Of a stretch of 64,000 bases of DNA, positions 33,112-44,276 are shown in pieces (position 1 is the stretch's first letter; every line of letters begins with the position of its first letter). Source of the DNA: Thainema sp. (GTDB taxonomy: Bacteria > Cyanobacteriota > Cyanobacteriia > Phormidesmidales > Phormidesmidaceae); the NCBI GenBank assembly GCA_052168235.1, contig JBQLZK010000002.1:192001-256000 (forward strand). The letters are read 5' to 3'. The position numbers were made by a program, and so were the translations under genes. Under the pieces are notes generated by a model. It was not told where the DNA came from, searched no databases, and worked only from the letters and a program-made list of their open reading frames with translations.

Positions 33112-33429
33112 ATGGCTACTGTACAACAGCAAAAGATCAGGATTCGTCTGAAGGCATTTGATCGTCGTTTGTTAGATACCTCTTGCGACAAAATTGTTGA
33201 TACGGCAAATCGCACCAACGCTACTGCAATTGGTCCTATTCCTTTACCTACAAAGCGCCGGATTTACTGCTTGCTTCGTTCTCCTCACGTAGATAAGGAT
33301 TCTCGGGAGCATTTTGAAACCAGAACTCATCGCCGCATCATTGATATCTACCAGCCATCCTCTAAGACGATTGATGCACTAATGAAGCTTGACTTGCCCG
33401 CTGGGGTCGACATTGAAGTTAAGCTCTAA
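33112..33429 (+). CDS. rpsJ: 30S ribosomal protein S10
   Basis: [24 protein letters not shown]. Confidence 0.99.
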   Translation: MATVQQQKIRIRLKAFDRRLLDTSCDKIVDTANRTNATAIGPIPLPTKRRIYCLLRSPHVDKDSREHFETRTHRRIIDIYQPSSKTIDALMKLDLPAGVDIEVKL

Positions 33430-33756
33430 GTTAATTTAAGGATTAGTTACTTTGGTATTTGAGAGCCGCTACACTAGTGCGGCTCTTATTGTTTATAAGG
33501 ATTATTGGTGAAGACTTCATATGGCTCTTCGTGAGATTATTTGTGCTGTTGATCAGCATCTGAGCAATGTAAAGCGCGATCGCACTTTCTATCATCAGGT
33601 CATGTAGCGGAATATAGCCCTAGATAAGCCTTATAAGCTAAGCTATATAACAAGTAACATTTCATAACAACGTATTAATCTAATTGGGGTCTGAATTGCA
33701 ACAACTGTTGTTGACCCAGCACGCATTGGCAGATTTTTAACTCAGCAATTAGGAGA

Positions 33757-34401
33757 ATGATGGCTTTTTCATCGTCTATTGCAGTGCGAGAGCTACCAAT
33801 CTTTCCTCTGCCTGAATTAGTTCTTTTTCCAGGACGGCGACTCCCACTTCATATTTTCGAGTTTCGTTATCGAATCATGATGAATACGATTCTCCAGGGA
33901 GACTGTCGGTTTGGGGTTGTCATGCTCGATCCGCAGACAGGACAGCCAGTTTCCGTGGGATGTTGTGCGGAGGTGATTCATTGCCATCGTTTACCCGACG
34001 ACCGGATGAAGATCTCAACGATTGGGCAACAGCGATTTCGCATTCTGAACTATGTCAGAGAAAAGCCCTATCGAGTTGGCCTAGTTGAGTGGATTGAAGA
34101 CCATCCAAGCTCTCAGAATTTACAGCCGCTTGCTGACGAAGTAGATCAGTTGCTGAGAGATGTGGTTCATCTCTCAGCCAAATTGACGGGTCAGGATATT
34201 GAACTACCCGACAATATTCCTGATTTACCGACTGAATTGTCCTATTGGGTAGCTGGTAATCTACATGGTGTTGCGAGTGAGCAACAATCACTGCTAGAGA
34301 TGCAGGATACATCCGCTCGTCTGGAGCGCGAGGCAGAAATTCTAAGTTCTACTCGTAATCATTTGGCGGCTCGAACTGCACTCAAGGATGCCTTTCATTA
34401 A
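33757..34401 (+). CDS. Lon protease substrate-binding domain protein
   Basis: LPIFPLPELVLFPG..LPLHIFEFRYR; typical position after rpsJ. Confidence 0.88.
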   Translation: MMAFSSSIAVRELPIFPLPELVLFPGRRLPLHIFEFRYRIMMNTILQGDCRFGVVMLDPQTGQPVSVGCCAEVIHCHRLPDDRMKISTIGQQRFRILNYVREKPYRVGLVEWIEDHPSSQNLQPLADEVDQLLRDVVHLSAKLTGQDIELPDNIPDLPTELSYWVAGNLHGVASEQQSLLEMQDTSARLEREAEILSSTRNHLAARTALKDAFH

Positions 34402-34599
34402 TATGGCTACTTTGTAAGCTAAACCGTGTCCAACTTGGGAACCGGAGTTTTTTGGAGTGGATGCCAGAGCCACGTAAGCCTTGTCAATCAAGAATCTTGG
34501 GTGATTCTGCAAAACTACAGATTTCAACCTGGACGCGGTTTAATCTGTTTGGGTAGCCGGAGTTCTTGCTAGGGAAAATTAGCTGTCAAACGAGTTAGA

Positions 34600-35460
34600 T
34601 CATGTTGGGATAACGCTGTAGCTGCCGAAAATCTTAAGGGTTTCCGTATATTGCTCCAGAATATCAAGCGTTTCTTTTACTCTCGGTTCCGTCATGTCAG
34701 CTTCGAAGTCAATAAAGAATAGATACTCACCAAGCGAGCGCTTGGTTGGGCGGGACTCAATTCGACTGAGATTGATGTGATGCTGAGCAAACATCTGTAG
34801 AACGGTAACCAATGCACCGGGTTTGTTTGCAGGTAGCGTAAACGCAATAGACGTATAGCTACCGTGATGAAAATGGTCGCGACCAATAATCCAAAAGCGG
34901 GTGCAGTTATCAACGCGATCGTTGATTGGATGTGCCAAGATGGGTAGCTGATACAGCTCAGCGGCTCGTTGAGAAGAAATGGCTGCGGTTGTTGGTGCTC
35001 CAGCCAAGCGGCTCAATACTTCAGTCGTGGAATTGGCAGGGATTAATTTAGCCGATGGTAAATGCTGTTCTAGCCACTTTTGGCATTGCGCGAGCGCTTG
35101 GGGATGAGAATAGACGGTTTGGATAGCTTCAATCTGCTGAGCTTCAGAAACGAGCGCATGGGAAATGGGCAAAACCAAGGCGTGCTGAATTTTGAGATCG
35201 TCGAGTTCCCACAGTGTATCTAGCGTAAAGCTGACGCTGCCTTCAATGGAGTTTTCCACGGGGACGACCGCTAATTGAGTATCGTGTTTTGCGATCGCAG
35301 AAATAGATTGCGGAATACTAGGATACGCCTTAAGAACAAACTCTGTTTTCTCGCTAGATTGCTGTTTTAGCCAGTTAACGTACGTGATAGCTGCTGTTTC
35401 GGCATAGGTACCAGCAGGTCCCAAATGGGCAATCATAATGTGTTGATGCGAAGATGACAT
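34600..35460 (-). CDS. pheA: Prephenate dehydratase
   Basis: LGPAGTYAE, PVENSIEGSV, SHPQALAQC, NCTRF, ACT domain with IESRP. Confidence 0.95.
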   Translation of the reverse strand: MSSSHQHIMIAHLGPAGTYAETAAITYVNWLKQQSSEKTEFVLKAYPSIPQSISAIAKHDTQLAVVPVENSIEGSVSFTLDTLWELDDLKIQHALVLPISHALVSEAQQIEAIQTVYSHPQALAQCQKWLEQHLPSAKLIPANSTTEVLSRLAGAPTTAAISSQRAAELYQLPILAHPINDRVDNCTRFWIIGRDHFHHGSYTSIAFTLPANKPGALVTVLQMFAQHHINLSRIESRPTKRSLGEYLFFIDFEADMTEPRVKETLDILEQYTETLKIFGSYSVIPT

Positions 35461-35897
35461 AGTTAGTTGGTGGTGGATTAATATTTTGTTTCAAATAATT
35501 GCCAATCTGGGTATTTCATTACGGCCTCTCATCATATTGGTTTAACGAATTGCCAGCTAATCCATGTCAAAAACCAGCTGTAGTTCAATTGCATGAGCTG
35601 CTCAAATTTTAATCAGTGGAATATGAATGATGCTTTGCACAATGCCATGCCTTTTCGTTAACAGCCTCTAGTAACGAAATCAGCTGGCTAAGCTCTATAA
35701 AGACAATAAAATGTTTGAATCGCTTCACTGTGCTTCACCGTATTAATGCGGAATAGCCATTCATGCATAAATTTGGATCTTTGGTTGGAAAAACAAATCA
35801 AAGCACAAAAAAGTTTTCAATCCCAAGAGCGTGCCTGTTTTCTGAGATAATTGTTAAATTTAGTTTAGCTGTCTGCGGTATTTTCACCTAATTTTCT

Positions 35898-36488
35898 ATG
35901 TCAATTCAATTTTTTGCCTCACAATCTGTGGAGATGGGTGTTGCCCAAGAGACTATCCCTATCCAGCATTATTTGCGTCAGCCCCAACGCCTGGTTAATG
36001 CGCTCGTTGACCCATCACGGACTGAAGTACTTGGTGCCAATCAGTTTCGGCTGAAGATGCGCCCCATTCAGTTCATGATGCTCAAAATTCAGCCTACGGT
36101 CGATATGGAAGTGCAGGTGGATGCCAATGGGGTTGTACACCTGCGCTCCATCGACTGTGAAATCAGAGGGGTTGAATATATCAACCAACGCTTTAGATTG
36201 GATTTAGCAGGTCGATTGGTGCCCCATGTTCGTTCCGATCAGCATGTGGCGTTAATTGGCAAAGCAGATTTACAAGTATCCGTGGACTTGCCTCCTGCTT
36301 TTCAGTTTACGCCGCGCCCAATTTTAGAAACTACAGGAAACGGATTGCTGCGCGGCGTTTTGATGACGATTAAGCAGCGCCTGATGAATAATTTAGTGAG
36401 TGATTATCGTCGCTGGGTGCGGGTTCAGCATGAAAATTCTGGCCAAGCGGTTACCACTGCTGCACTGCCATCTCGTGAAGCTGGCTAA
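35898..36488 (+). CDS. DUF1997 family protein
   Basis: PIQHYLRQPQRLV...FRLKMRP; conserved neighbour of pheA/rnhB. Confidence 0.78.
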   Translation: MSIQFFASQSVEMGVAQETIPIQHYLRQPQRLVNALVDPSRTEVLGANQFRLKMRPIQFMMLKIQPTVDMEVQVDANGVVHLRSIDCEIRGVEYINQRFRLDLAGRLVPHVRSDQHVALIGKADLQVSVDLPPAFQFTPRPILETTGNGLLRGVLMTIKQRLMNNLVSDYRRWVRVQHENSGQAVTTAALPSREAG

Positions 36489-36555
36489 AGGATGCTTAGC
36501 GAGGTTTCTGGATGCTGATCTTCAATCAATAAATTGAATTCACTAAATAATTAAA

Positions 36556-37194
36556 TTATTGACAAGGCTTGAAAGAGCGGCGATGTTGCTTTGATGCGCC
36601 ATAGGCTAGTAGAGCCTGACGGTGAGCTGCGCTGCCATATCCCTTGTTCTGGGCAAGATGGTAGTGAGGATATCGAGTTGAAAGCCTGACAATTAAGCGA
36701 TCTCGCCACACTTTAGCCAGGATGCTGGCAGATGCGATCGCAATTGAGCGTTGATCACCTTTTATCCAAGCTTCCTGAGGAATCGCCAAATTTGGTACGA
36801 GCTGGTTACCATCAATTAGGCAAACATCAGGCGCTGGCTGTAATCGCGAAATTGCCCGCTTCATTGCTAATAAGGATGCCTGCAGGATATTTATGCGATC
36901 GATTTCCCAGACGGACGCCAGCCCGATCTGGCAATCAATGGCAGCCTGCTTAATTTCCTCCACTAATGCTTCTCGCTTAGCAGGAGTAAGTTTTTTGCTA
37001 TCCGTTACGCCCAAATCCATCAAACGCTGAGAATGGCAGGGCTGAAGAATAACAGCCGCTGCCACTACAGGCCCAAATAGTGCACCACGGCCAACCTCAT
37101 CAACGCCTGCGAGTAGGCTATTATCTCGCAGGCGATTTGTCTCATTCATCTGTTCCCGTTGCATCAGCCCTAGTAGTTCCAGTTGCTCTGGCAT
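36556..37194 (-). CDS. rnhB: Ribonuclease HII
   Basis: GVDEVGRGALFGPVVAAAV, DSKKL, IDGN, KGD, KGYG. Confidence 0.95.
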   Translation of the reverse strand: MPEQLELLGLMQREQMNETNRLRDNSLLAGVDEVGRGALFGPVVAAAVILQPCHSQRLMDLGVTDSKKLTPAKREALVEEIKQAAIDCQIGLASVWEIDRINILQASLLAMKRAISRLQPAPDVCLIDGNQLVPNLAIPQEAWIKGDQRSIAIASASILAKVWRDRLIVRLSTRYPHYHLAQNKGYGSAAHRQALLAYGASKQHRRSFKPCQ

Positions 37195-37230
37195 TGGCTA
37201 CATTTCTGCATAGTGCTCTGCAAGTTCAAC

Positions 37231-39336
37231 CTATCCTTCTCGGCTAGCTGCCGTTTCAGTCGCCGACGAACGCCGCCGCCGCCGCCGTGTTGTTCTAGAC
37301 GACGAACTGCTGCTTTCAGCTGCTTCCGGTGGCTCATCTTCACTACTGTCTAAACCGGATTCGTTTATCTCAGACGAATCTGCTGTCATGTCTGAGTCGG
37401 TTAGGTTTGGCAAATCCGGTTCTGGATTTGAGGCGGATGTTTCCTCCTCTCCGTCTGCTAGTCTCGATGACGTAACATCTTCTTTAGTTTCAGCAGCGTT
37501 TCTAGCAGGGGTGTTTTGTCCATTTGCCGCTGCTGGCCCATCGGTGGTGGGTGTTGCTTCACCGGGGAGTACGACGGAGACAATGGCTGACTTAGTATCA
37601 GTTGGTGTGCGCTCGCTCAAGACTAGGGGTGAAATGCCGAGCATTGCATAGACTTCCTGTTCCTCAGGCGTCATTTCAACCACAATGACTTCTGGCTCAA
37701 CTCCAGCATTGCGATCGCGGCGACCGTTGCGGGAGCGACCGTTGCGTTCCGAACGGGATCTGGAACTTTGAGAAGTCTCTCGTGGTTCACGTTCTTCAAC
37801 CGATTCTCTATCCCGGTCTTTTTCACGATTGGCAAACGATGGTGTAGCGCTGCTATCCTTTCCACCTCGTCCTGGTGGACTGGTCTCGCGACGGCGGCGG
37901 CGGCGGCTACTCCGATGTCCGCTGGTACTACGCTCTTGATAGCTAGGATGGTGTATTAGCTCCAATGCTTGTGGATCTTGCGTTGGATCCAATTCCAAAT
38001 CATCATTCGGCTGAGTAATGGTTTCACGCATTGATACCGGGCGAGGCTCTGCTGATGGTAGCTCACGCGGCACAGCTAGTGGATCGACCACCTGAGGTTC
38101 TTCGCCGGGTAAATGAGCGATATGGCCAAGCCCACCGCAGCTCGGACAGGTTTGACCAAACAATTCGTAAATATTTTGCCCTTGGCGCTTACGGGTGAGT
38201 TCAACTAAGCCCAATTCAGACAGCTGCGCAATTTGCGGTCTAGCTTTATCAGCGCGCAGTGCTTTGTTGAAGTGTTCGAGCACCTGGAGCTGATCGCGGC
38301 GGGAATCCATGTCGATGAAATCGACGATAATCACACCCGCGACGTTGCGTAAACGAAGCTGACGGGCAATTTCTGTGGCCGCTTCACAGTTTGTCCACAA
38401 CACGGTTTCACGGGCCGTAGCGGAGCGGGTAAACGAACCGGAGTTAACGTCAATTACCGTTAATGCTTCAGTTGGCTCAATAATGATGTAACCGCCGGAG
38501 GGCAGGTCAACCCGCGGCTTGAGTGCTTCTCGAATGGCCGCATTGACCCGGAAGTATTCGAGGATAGGAACCCGTTCGCGGTGCTGATCAATCAAAACAC
38601 CTTGAGGAGGGCGACCACCATTCCAGTTGGCCAGATGCTGCTTAATTCGCTTAACGCCAGTGTGGGAATCAACTACAATACGATTTACGCCAGCGCTGTA
38701 GACATCTCGTAACACTCGCTGAACAAAATCATCATCCCGGTTTAGCAGACTGGGTGGGCGAGTAGACAAGGCTTCCTGCTGAATGCTTTCCCACTGGCGC
38801 TGTAGAAATTCTAAATCTTCAATGATGGCTTCTTCGGCTACCCCTTCGGCTTCAGTGCGCACCAGCAGCCCCATGCCAGCAGGCTTAACCAAAACGGCCA
38901 ACGCACGTAAGCGACTACGTTCTGCTTCATTCCGGATCCGGCGGGATAGATTAACGCCTCGGCCAAACGGCATGAGTACCAGATAGCGTCCGGGCAAGGT
39001 AATGTTGCCAGTAAGCCGAGGGCCTTTGTTGCCCGTTGGCTCCTTCATGATCTGCACCAAAACTTTTTGTTGAGGTGCGAGCAATTCTGTGATGGATGCG
39101 GCTGAACGCTTGAGTCGTAATGGCCCTAAGTCGGTAACGTGGATAAAGCCATTGCGTTCACTATCGCCGATATTCACAAAAGCGGCATCAATGCCAGGAA
39201 GAACATTTTCTACGACACCGAGATAAATATCGCTGACTTGATGGCTTCCTTTGGCAACAATGAGTTCTTGTATTTGGTCTTCGGAGAATACAGCCGCAAT
39301 TCGATGCTGCTCCGCAATAATAATTTGCTTAGGCAT
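37231..39336 (-). CDS. rne: Ribonuclease E
   Basis: S1 domain, VIDVNSG, IVDFIDM, CPSCGGLG, disordered C-terminus ending RRRRRRSSA. Confidence 0.96.
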   Translation of the reverse strand: MPKQIIIAEQHRIAAVFSEDQIQELIVAKGSHQVSDIYLGVVENVLPGIDAAFVNIGDSERNGFIHVTDLGPLRLKRSAASITELLAPQQKVLVQIMKEPTGNKGPRLTGNITLPGRYLVLMPFGRGVNLSRRIRNEAERSRLRALAVLVKPAGMGLLVRTEAEGVAEEAIIEDLEFLQRQWESIQQEALSTRPPSLLNRDDDFVQRVLRDVYSAGVNRIVVDSHTGVKRIKQHLANWNGGRPPQGVLIDQHRERVPILEYFRVNAAIREALKPRVDLPSGGYIIIEPTEALTVIDVNSGSFTRSATARETVLWTNCEAATEIARQLRLRNVAGVIIVDFIDMDSRRDQLQVLEHFNKALRADKARPQIAQLSELGLVELTRKRQGQNIYELFGQTCPSCGGLGHIAHLPGEEPQVVDPLAVPRELPSAEPRPVSMRETITQPNDDLELDPTQDPQALELIHHPSYQERSTSGHRSSRRRRRRETSPPGRGGKDSSATPSFANREKDRDRESVEEREPRETSQSSRSRSERNGRSRNGRRDRNAGVEPEVIVVEMTPEEQEVYAMLGISPLVLSERTPTDTKSAIVSVVLPGEATPTTDGPAAANGQNTPARNAAETKEDVTSSRLADGEEETSASNPEPDLPNLTDSDMTADSSEINESGLDSSEDEPPEAAESSSSSSRTTRRRRRRSSATETAASREG

Positions 39337-40008
39337 TCAATTTCCTCGAAATCTGATGATGAGCATCTGAACCGTGCTGCTCATGACTGCGTGTTAAGGG
39401 GGACATAATTCTTTGGCAGATAGGGGTTCAATCTAGGGGTTAAATCAATAGTGGTAAACACGCCCGATACGAATCGGAATGCACCAGTTGTGCATAGAAT
39501 TTAAGTTTTCCAGCGATTCGCTATCGAGGCATTAACCCGATACTGTAACAACCTCAATCACCCCTAGAGTTTGACAACTCAGCATTGTTTCAACGTTGTT
39601 TTAAAGCTGGCGATGCATATAACCTTTTTGCCGCGAGTCAATATACGGCAAAACCAGCCTGCACGATTACCGACTTGGCAATGCCAGACACTCGTGAATC
39701 AGTGCTGAAAGCAGAAAATGTTTGCGGTTGACAGCTTTTCGTCTACAAGCGTTGCCTTATAAATCCTTTGCATACCTCAAAGGATTAAAGGTATCTAAAA
39801 TAACTGGAAAGTCTGACAGAAGCTAATTTGATCCAGCACTCGCTGCGAACTGAATGTCTGACAACCTTATGACAGTTTTCGGCCTATTAGCAGCTTCTGT
39901 TTAGAGCATTATAGCGCTTGTTGTGCAACAAACAACCCTATTAATGGAATTTTCTATATTTGTTAAGCCCAGTTAGAGCGTGAGCAGAGGAGAGAGGAAG
40001 CTGGATTG

Positions 40009-40066
40009 AAATGTGTGCCTAAATTATTGCGTACAGCACTGTACGCAATAATTTAGGCACACATTT
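40009..40066. repeat. 58-bp palindrome (28-bp perfect arms, 2-nt loop)
   Basis: AAATGTGTGCCTAAATTATTGCGTACAG-ca-CTGTACGCAATAATTTAGGCACACATTT. Confidence 0.9.
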
Positions 40067-40155
40067 AAGCTCTTGAACAATTTGCGAAAGCTGCGCCAAC
40101 TGGTACCCCAATGTGAGGAAATGCTCACAAAGAGGAATCAATAGAATTTTGGTGT

Positions 40156-42882
40156 CTATTCGAGAATTAAGCGATCGCGATGGATATGCAGAAGCTGTAG
40201 CTCAATGCTAGCGGCATTTTGCAGCATGTTAACTAGGGTTTCTGGTCGCAGCATCGTGCCGTCATTGCGGCAGCTACCGATGTAGCGAATCTTGACCGCA
40301 TTTCGCTGAGATGCATCGCTAGCAGATTCCGAACTGGGAGACTCTAGCTGCAGATCAAATAACAGTTCCCGCAGGTTGAGAATTTTGGTTTTACCGGACT
40401 TAGTCTTCTTCTCATGTGGGATGTCCTCTGCCGCCAGAATCGATGTGATCCAGTCTGGCCAGGGTAGCGTTTCAGCGGACACAGGTTCAGCATCTTCGGT
40501 CAGCACTGGCGCAACGGTCAGCACATACTCAGCGCGGTGGAGCTGTTTGGTGGCAGAGGGTTCGCTCAAGTCAATTGACTCGACTCGATAGATGGGGATT
40601 TCATGTGGTAGTTGAGCGGCTAACTGCGATCGCACTTCTTCTGGATCGCGGTATTCTATCAGTTCAAAATCCGCGATTTCGCCCGTACTGGTTGCGCCGA
40701 GCGGTAACGCATTAGCGGGAGAGATGCGGGGGCCAGGATGAAATCCGCCAGTAAAGGTAATTGGAATGCCAGCTCGCCGGACAGCGCGGTCGAAGAGGCG
40801 CATGAGGTCTAAGTGCCCAATGTAGGTCATGTCACCATGCTTGCCAAAGTAGACCCGTAGGCGTTGCGATCGCGTCTGGTTGGGGACAAAATGACCCTCA
40901 AATTTAGGAATCGGTAACGGTGGCACGACAATGTTGTGACCAAAATCCGGGCCACAGATACCGCAGTGGGAGCAGCCTTCAAAGGAGCAGTCGGGGACAG
41001 TTGCCGCCTCTAGTGCCCGTAGCAGATCATCTTTGAGCCATTGTTTGCTAATGCCCGTATCCAGGTGATCCCAAGGCAGAGGTGCATCAATCTGGGCAAG
41101 TTGGTTAGAACTTTCTGACACTGGATCAGCAGATGCCGATTCAGGGTTGAACTCGGTATTGGATCCAGTACTGGACTCGGTACCGACGGGTATCAAGTTC
41201 CATTCACCCGCCTCGACTTGGCGATATTTCCAGGTTAGCCCCGCCGCATCAATGGCCTGCGCCCAAGCATCAAAGGCGCGATCGAGGCTTTCCCACCAGG
41301 AATCCATGCCTGCACCGAGTTCCCAAGCGTGGCGGACAACGGCAGACAATCTGCGATCGCCCCGTCCGACGAAATCTTCCATTGCAGAAATGCGGACATC
41401 GGTGAAATTGGCCTTGACGCCCCGCATTTGGCGAAATTCTTCACGCAGTAGCGCTTGTTTCCGCAAAAACTCACTGGTGGAAACCGTATGCCACTGAAAC
41501 GGCGTGTGGGGTTTGGGGGTGAAGTTGGAAATTGTGATATTAAAATCCAGACGGCGGCGCTTAGGCAACTGACACTCCTGCCGCAGCCAGCGCACGGTTT
41601 CAGCAATGCCAATCACGTCCACATCGGTTTCACCGGGCAGACCAATCATGAAGTAGAGCTTGACCTTGCTCCAGCCCTGCTCATAGGCCGTTTTTACGCC
41701 GCGCAGCAGTTCTTCATTGGTCAATCCTTTATTAATGATGTCGCGCATCCGCTGGGTACCCGCTTCGGGTGCGAAGGTCAGACCCGTTTGTCGCGTACCG
41801 CCGACGACATTGGCGATATCTTCATCGAAGCGATCCACCCGCTGACTGGGTAGAGAAACAGAGATATTCTGGTGCTTCAGGCGGTTTTTGACTTCCATGC
41901 CGACGGCAGGCAGGGCAAGATAGTCTGAGCAACTGAGGGACAGCAGCGAAAACTCGTTGTATCCCGTTGCCCGCATACCCTGCTCAATCGTGTCTACAAC
42001 TTGTTCTGGATCAACATCGCGGGCGGGTCGCGTCAGCATTCCCGGCTGGCAGAAGCGGCAGCCACGGGTGCAGCCCCGGCGGATTTCGACCGTCAGGCGA
42101 TCGTGAACGGTTTGGACATAGGGCACTAATCCAATGGAGTAGGCAGGCATTGGATCGGAAACCCGTCGCAGAACACGCGCAGGCACATTGGGGCGATTGG
42201 GATGAACCGAGCCATCTTCGGCCATGTCGTAGAACTGAGGAACGTAAACACCGGGGACTTGAGCCAAGTCGAGCAGCAGCTCCTCGCGACTGAGACCTGC
42301 CGCTTTACCCTGCTCTAGAACGAGACCAATTTCCGGCAGCAGTTCTTCGCCGTCACCCAAGGCAATGAAGTCGAAAAAGTCGGCGTAGGGTTCTGGATTC
42401 GACGTTGCGGTCTGCCCCCCCGCAAAAATCAGCGGATAGCTGTCCGATTCTACCTGCCAGCGATCGCAACTTTGTCGCTCTTTCCATGTCAGTGGAATAC
42501 CAGCCAAATCCAGCATTTCTAAAATATTGGTCGCCCCTAGCTCATAGCTGAGACTAAAGCCCAGAATGTCAAACTCTTTGAGATCGCGGCGCGATTCAAC
42601 GGCGAACAGCGGCGTGTTGGTTTGCCGCAGTTTGGTAGCTAGATCCGGCGCGGGCAGATAAGCGCGATCGCACAATTGGCGCGGCTGAGCATTGAGGATG
42701 CTGTAGAGAATGATGTGACCGAGGTTGGATGCACCAACTTCATAAATTTCGGGATAGGTCAGCACCCAACGCACGGCGGCACTATCCCACGGACGATGCA
42801 CGGCTCCCAACTCGTTACCCAAGTAACGAGCGGGCTGCATAATCTCAGATGTCAACAGGTTCTCAACAGCAACTGTCACCAA
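40156..42882 (-). CDS. TIGR03960-type radical SAM protein fused to a C-terminal DUF2344 (TIGR03936) domain
   Basis: PARYLGNE, GCTRGCRFCQPG, second domain YIGHLDLMRLFDRAVRRAGIP..GGFHPGPR. Confidence 0.88.
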   Translation of the reverse strand: MVTVAVENLLTSEIMQPARYLGNELGAVHRPWDSAAVRWVLTYPEIYEVGASNLGHIILYSILNAQPRQLCDRAYLPAPDLATKLRQTNTPLFAVESRRDLKEFDILGFSLSYELGATNILEMLDLAGIPLTWKERQSCDRWQVESDSYPLIFAGGQTATSNPEPYADFFDFIALGDGEELLPEIGLVLEQGKAAGLSREELLLDLAQVPGVYVPQFYDMAEDGSVHPNRPNVPARVLRRVSDPMPAYSIGLVPYVQTVHDRLTVEIRRGCTRGCRFCQPGMLTRPARDVDPEQVVDTIEQGMRATGYNEFSLLSLSCSDYLALPAVGMEVKNRLKHQNISVSLPSQRVDRFDEDIANVVGGTRQTGLTFAPEAGTQRMRDIINKGLTNEELLRGVKTAYEQGWSKVKLYFMIGLPGETDVDVIGIAETVRWLRQECQLPKRRRLDFNITISNFTPKPHTPFQWHTVSTSEFLRKQALLREEFRQMRGVKANFTDVRISAMEDFVGRGDRRLSAVVRHAWELGAGMDSWWESLDRAFDAWAQAIDAAGLTWKYRQVEAGEWNLIPVGTESSTGSNTEFNPESASADPVSESSNQLAQIDAPLPWDHLDTGISKQWLKDDLLRALEAATVPDCSFEGCSHCGICGPDFGHNIVVPPLPIPKFEGHFVPNQTRSQRLRVYFGKHGDMTYIGHLDLMRLFDRAVRRAGIPITFTGGFHPGPRISPANALPLGATSTGEIADFELIEYRDPEEVRSQLAAQLPHEIPIYRVESIDLSEPSATKQLHRAEYVLTVAPVLTEDAEPVSAETLPWPDWITSILAAEDIPHEKKTKSGKTKILNLRELLFDLQLESPSSESASDASQRNAVKIRYIGSCRNDGTMLRPETLVNMLQNAASIELQLLHIHRDRLILE

Positions 42883-43270
42883 ATACTCTCCTTCACTTAA
42901 CGCTCAATCAACAGACCAATCCCTATCTTAACGATTGGTTGCAGGTCTAGAAATGAGCGGTCTGAGTTTCCCGAATCGAATGATTGGCTTGGATTTGCTG
43001 GATAGAGTGATACGGAACAGAGAACGATGGCTGTCGTTAAGTTTACAGATCCTACGTAAAAACTCGGATGGAGCCCGATGTCGTTATTACTGCTTGAATT
43101 CACCTATGAATCAGGAATTTGAATTCCGGATGCTGTGTAGGCATTGGGGCAAATCCTTAATAAAGAGCGGTAATATATGTAACTTGTCTAAAGCCAAGGC
43201 GCTTTGTCGGGACATTCACGGTTTCGTTAGCCAGATTAGAAAGGTATATGATGCCAACTGGAGGTTAACT

Positions 43271-44002
43271 GTGGCTGTTTCAAAAGGTTTAGCAGTTGGA
43301 TTGGTGGCCTTGGCCACCGTGCTATCCGCACCCTCTGCCTTTGCCGCTGGATTTTCACCAATTGAACAAGAAGGTGAAATTGATGTCGGTTTGGGGTGTA
43401 TAGATAGCCAGCAATGCTTTTCGTCCAGTTCGCTCCCATTCATCGAAAGCATTATTTCGCTGACGGATGCTTCTACCGGATCTCGGAGTCGCCTGTTTAT
43501 TGATACGTTATCGACAAAGAATCAGTATGGATCGTCTGTGAAGCTACAAAAGAAGGATGCTGGCACCAATCATCAGGGTTTTTGGTTCCGACCCTCTGAA
43601 TACAACGAGGCAACGGGTCAGTCTGAAGAGAAAGGTCAGTTGGAAGTGGGTACGTTCACCTTCCTGTTTGAGGATCTGTTGTCAAACTTGACCATTGACT
43701 TTTTTGATACCGAATTCCTGAATTCGACGGGTGTTCTGGCGATTAACGGAGTCAACCTATCCACCCCCGATTGGATTGCGAAAGGGCCGAATGGCAACAT
43801 TGGAAGTCTGACTTACCAAAACGTTCAGTCAATTACCCTGAAATTGGGTAATGATACCGTCAAAGGGACAGGCGATGGAGTCAACTTCCGGTTTTCAAAT
43901 ATTGAAGTGGCGGATGTTCCAGAACCCGCTACGCTGATTGGTTTGATGGGAGTTGGTGCATTGGGAACTTTGGTGACCAAGCGCCGTACCAATGCGGCTT
44001 AA
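43271..44002 (+). CDS. LEVG-family PEP-CTERM surface protein
   Basis: GTG start after GGAGG, signal peptide (PSAFA), EEKGQLEVGTF, VPEP-TM-KRR C-terminus. Confidence 0.85.
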   Translation: MAVSKGLAVGLVALATVLSAPSAFAAGFSPIEQEGEIDVGLGCIDSQQCFSSSSLPFIESIISLTDASTGSRSRLFIDTLSTKNQYGSSVKLQKKDAGTNHQGFWFRPSEYNEATGQSEEKGQLEVGTFTFLFEDLLSNLTIDFFDTEFLNSTGVLAINGVNLSTPDWIAKGPNGNIGSLTYQNVQSITLKLGNDTVKGTGDGVNFRFSNIEVADVPEPATLIGLMGVGALGTLVTKRRTNAA

Positions 44003-44041
44003 ATTGCGATAAGGCAGTACAGCCCCAATTAAAGCCAACGC

Positions 44042-44086
44042 AAAACGAAAAAATCGGTGGACTTAACCCACCGATTTTTTCGTTTT
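44042..44086. terminator. Rho-independent terminator
   Basis: AAAACGAAAAAATCGGTGG...CCACCGATTTTTTCGTTTT. Confidence 0.7.
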
Positions 44087-44276
44087 CTTAACAATTCAGC
44101 GATTTAATCGGGATGGACAATCAACGTTAGTGTAATTGACAGGTGTAATTGGTTGCGATCGCAGTTAGTCGGAACACGGATGCCGTTTTCTGCGTCGCTT
44201 GCCAAGATGTGCGGTAAAGATTTGTAAAGATGGATCTAGACCCCATCGCCTGCTGACTCAGCAAATAAGGAGGCTT

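Noticed and set aside
42935..43270. N-terminal extension of the PEP-CTERM ORF
   Set aside because: SD plus GTG at 43271 directly precedes a signal peptide; the extension covers the divergent promoter region
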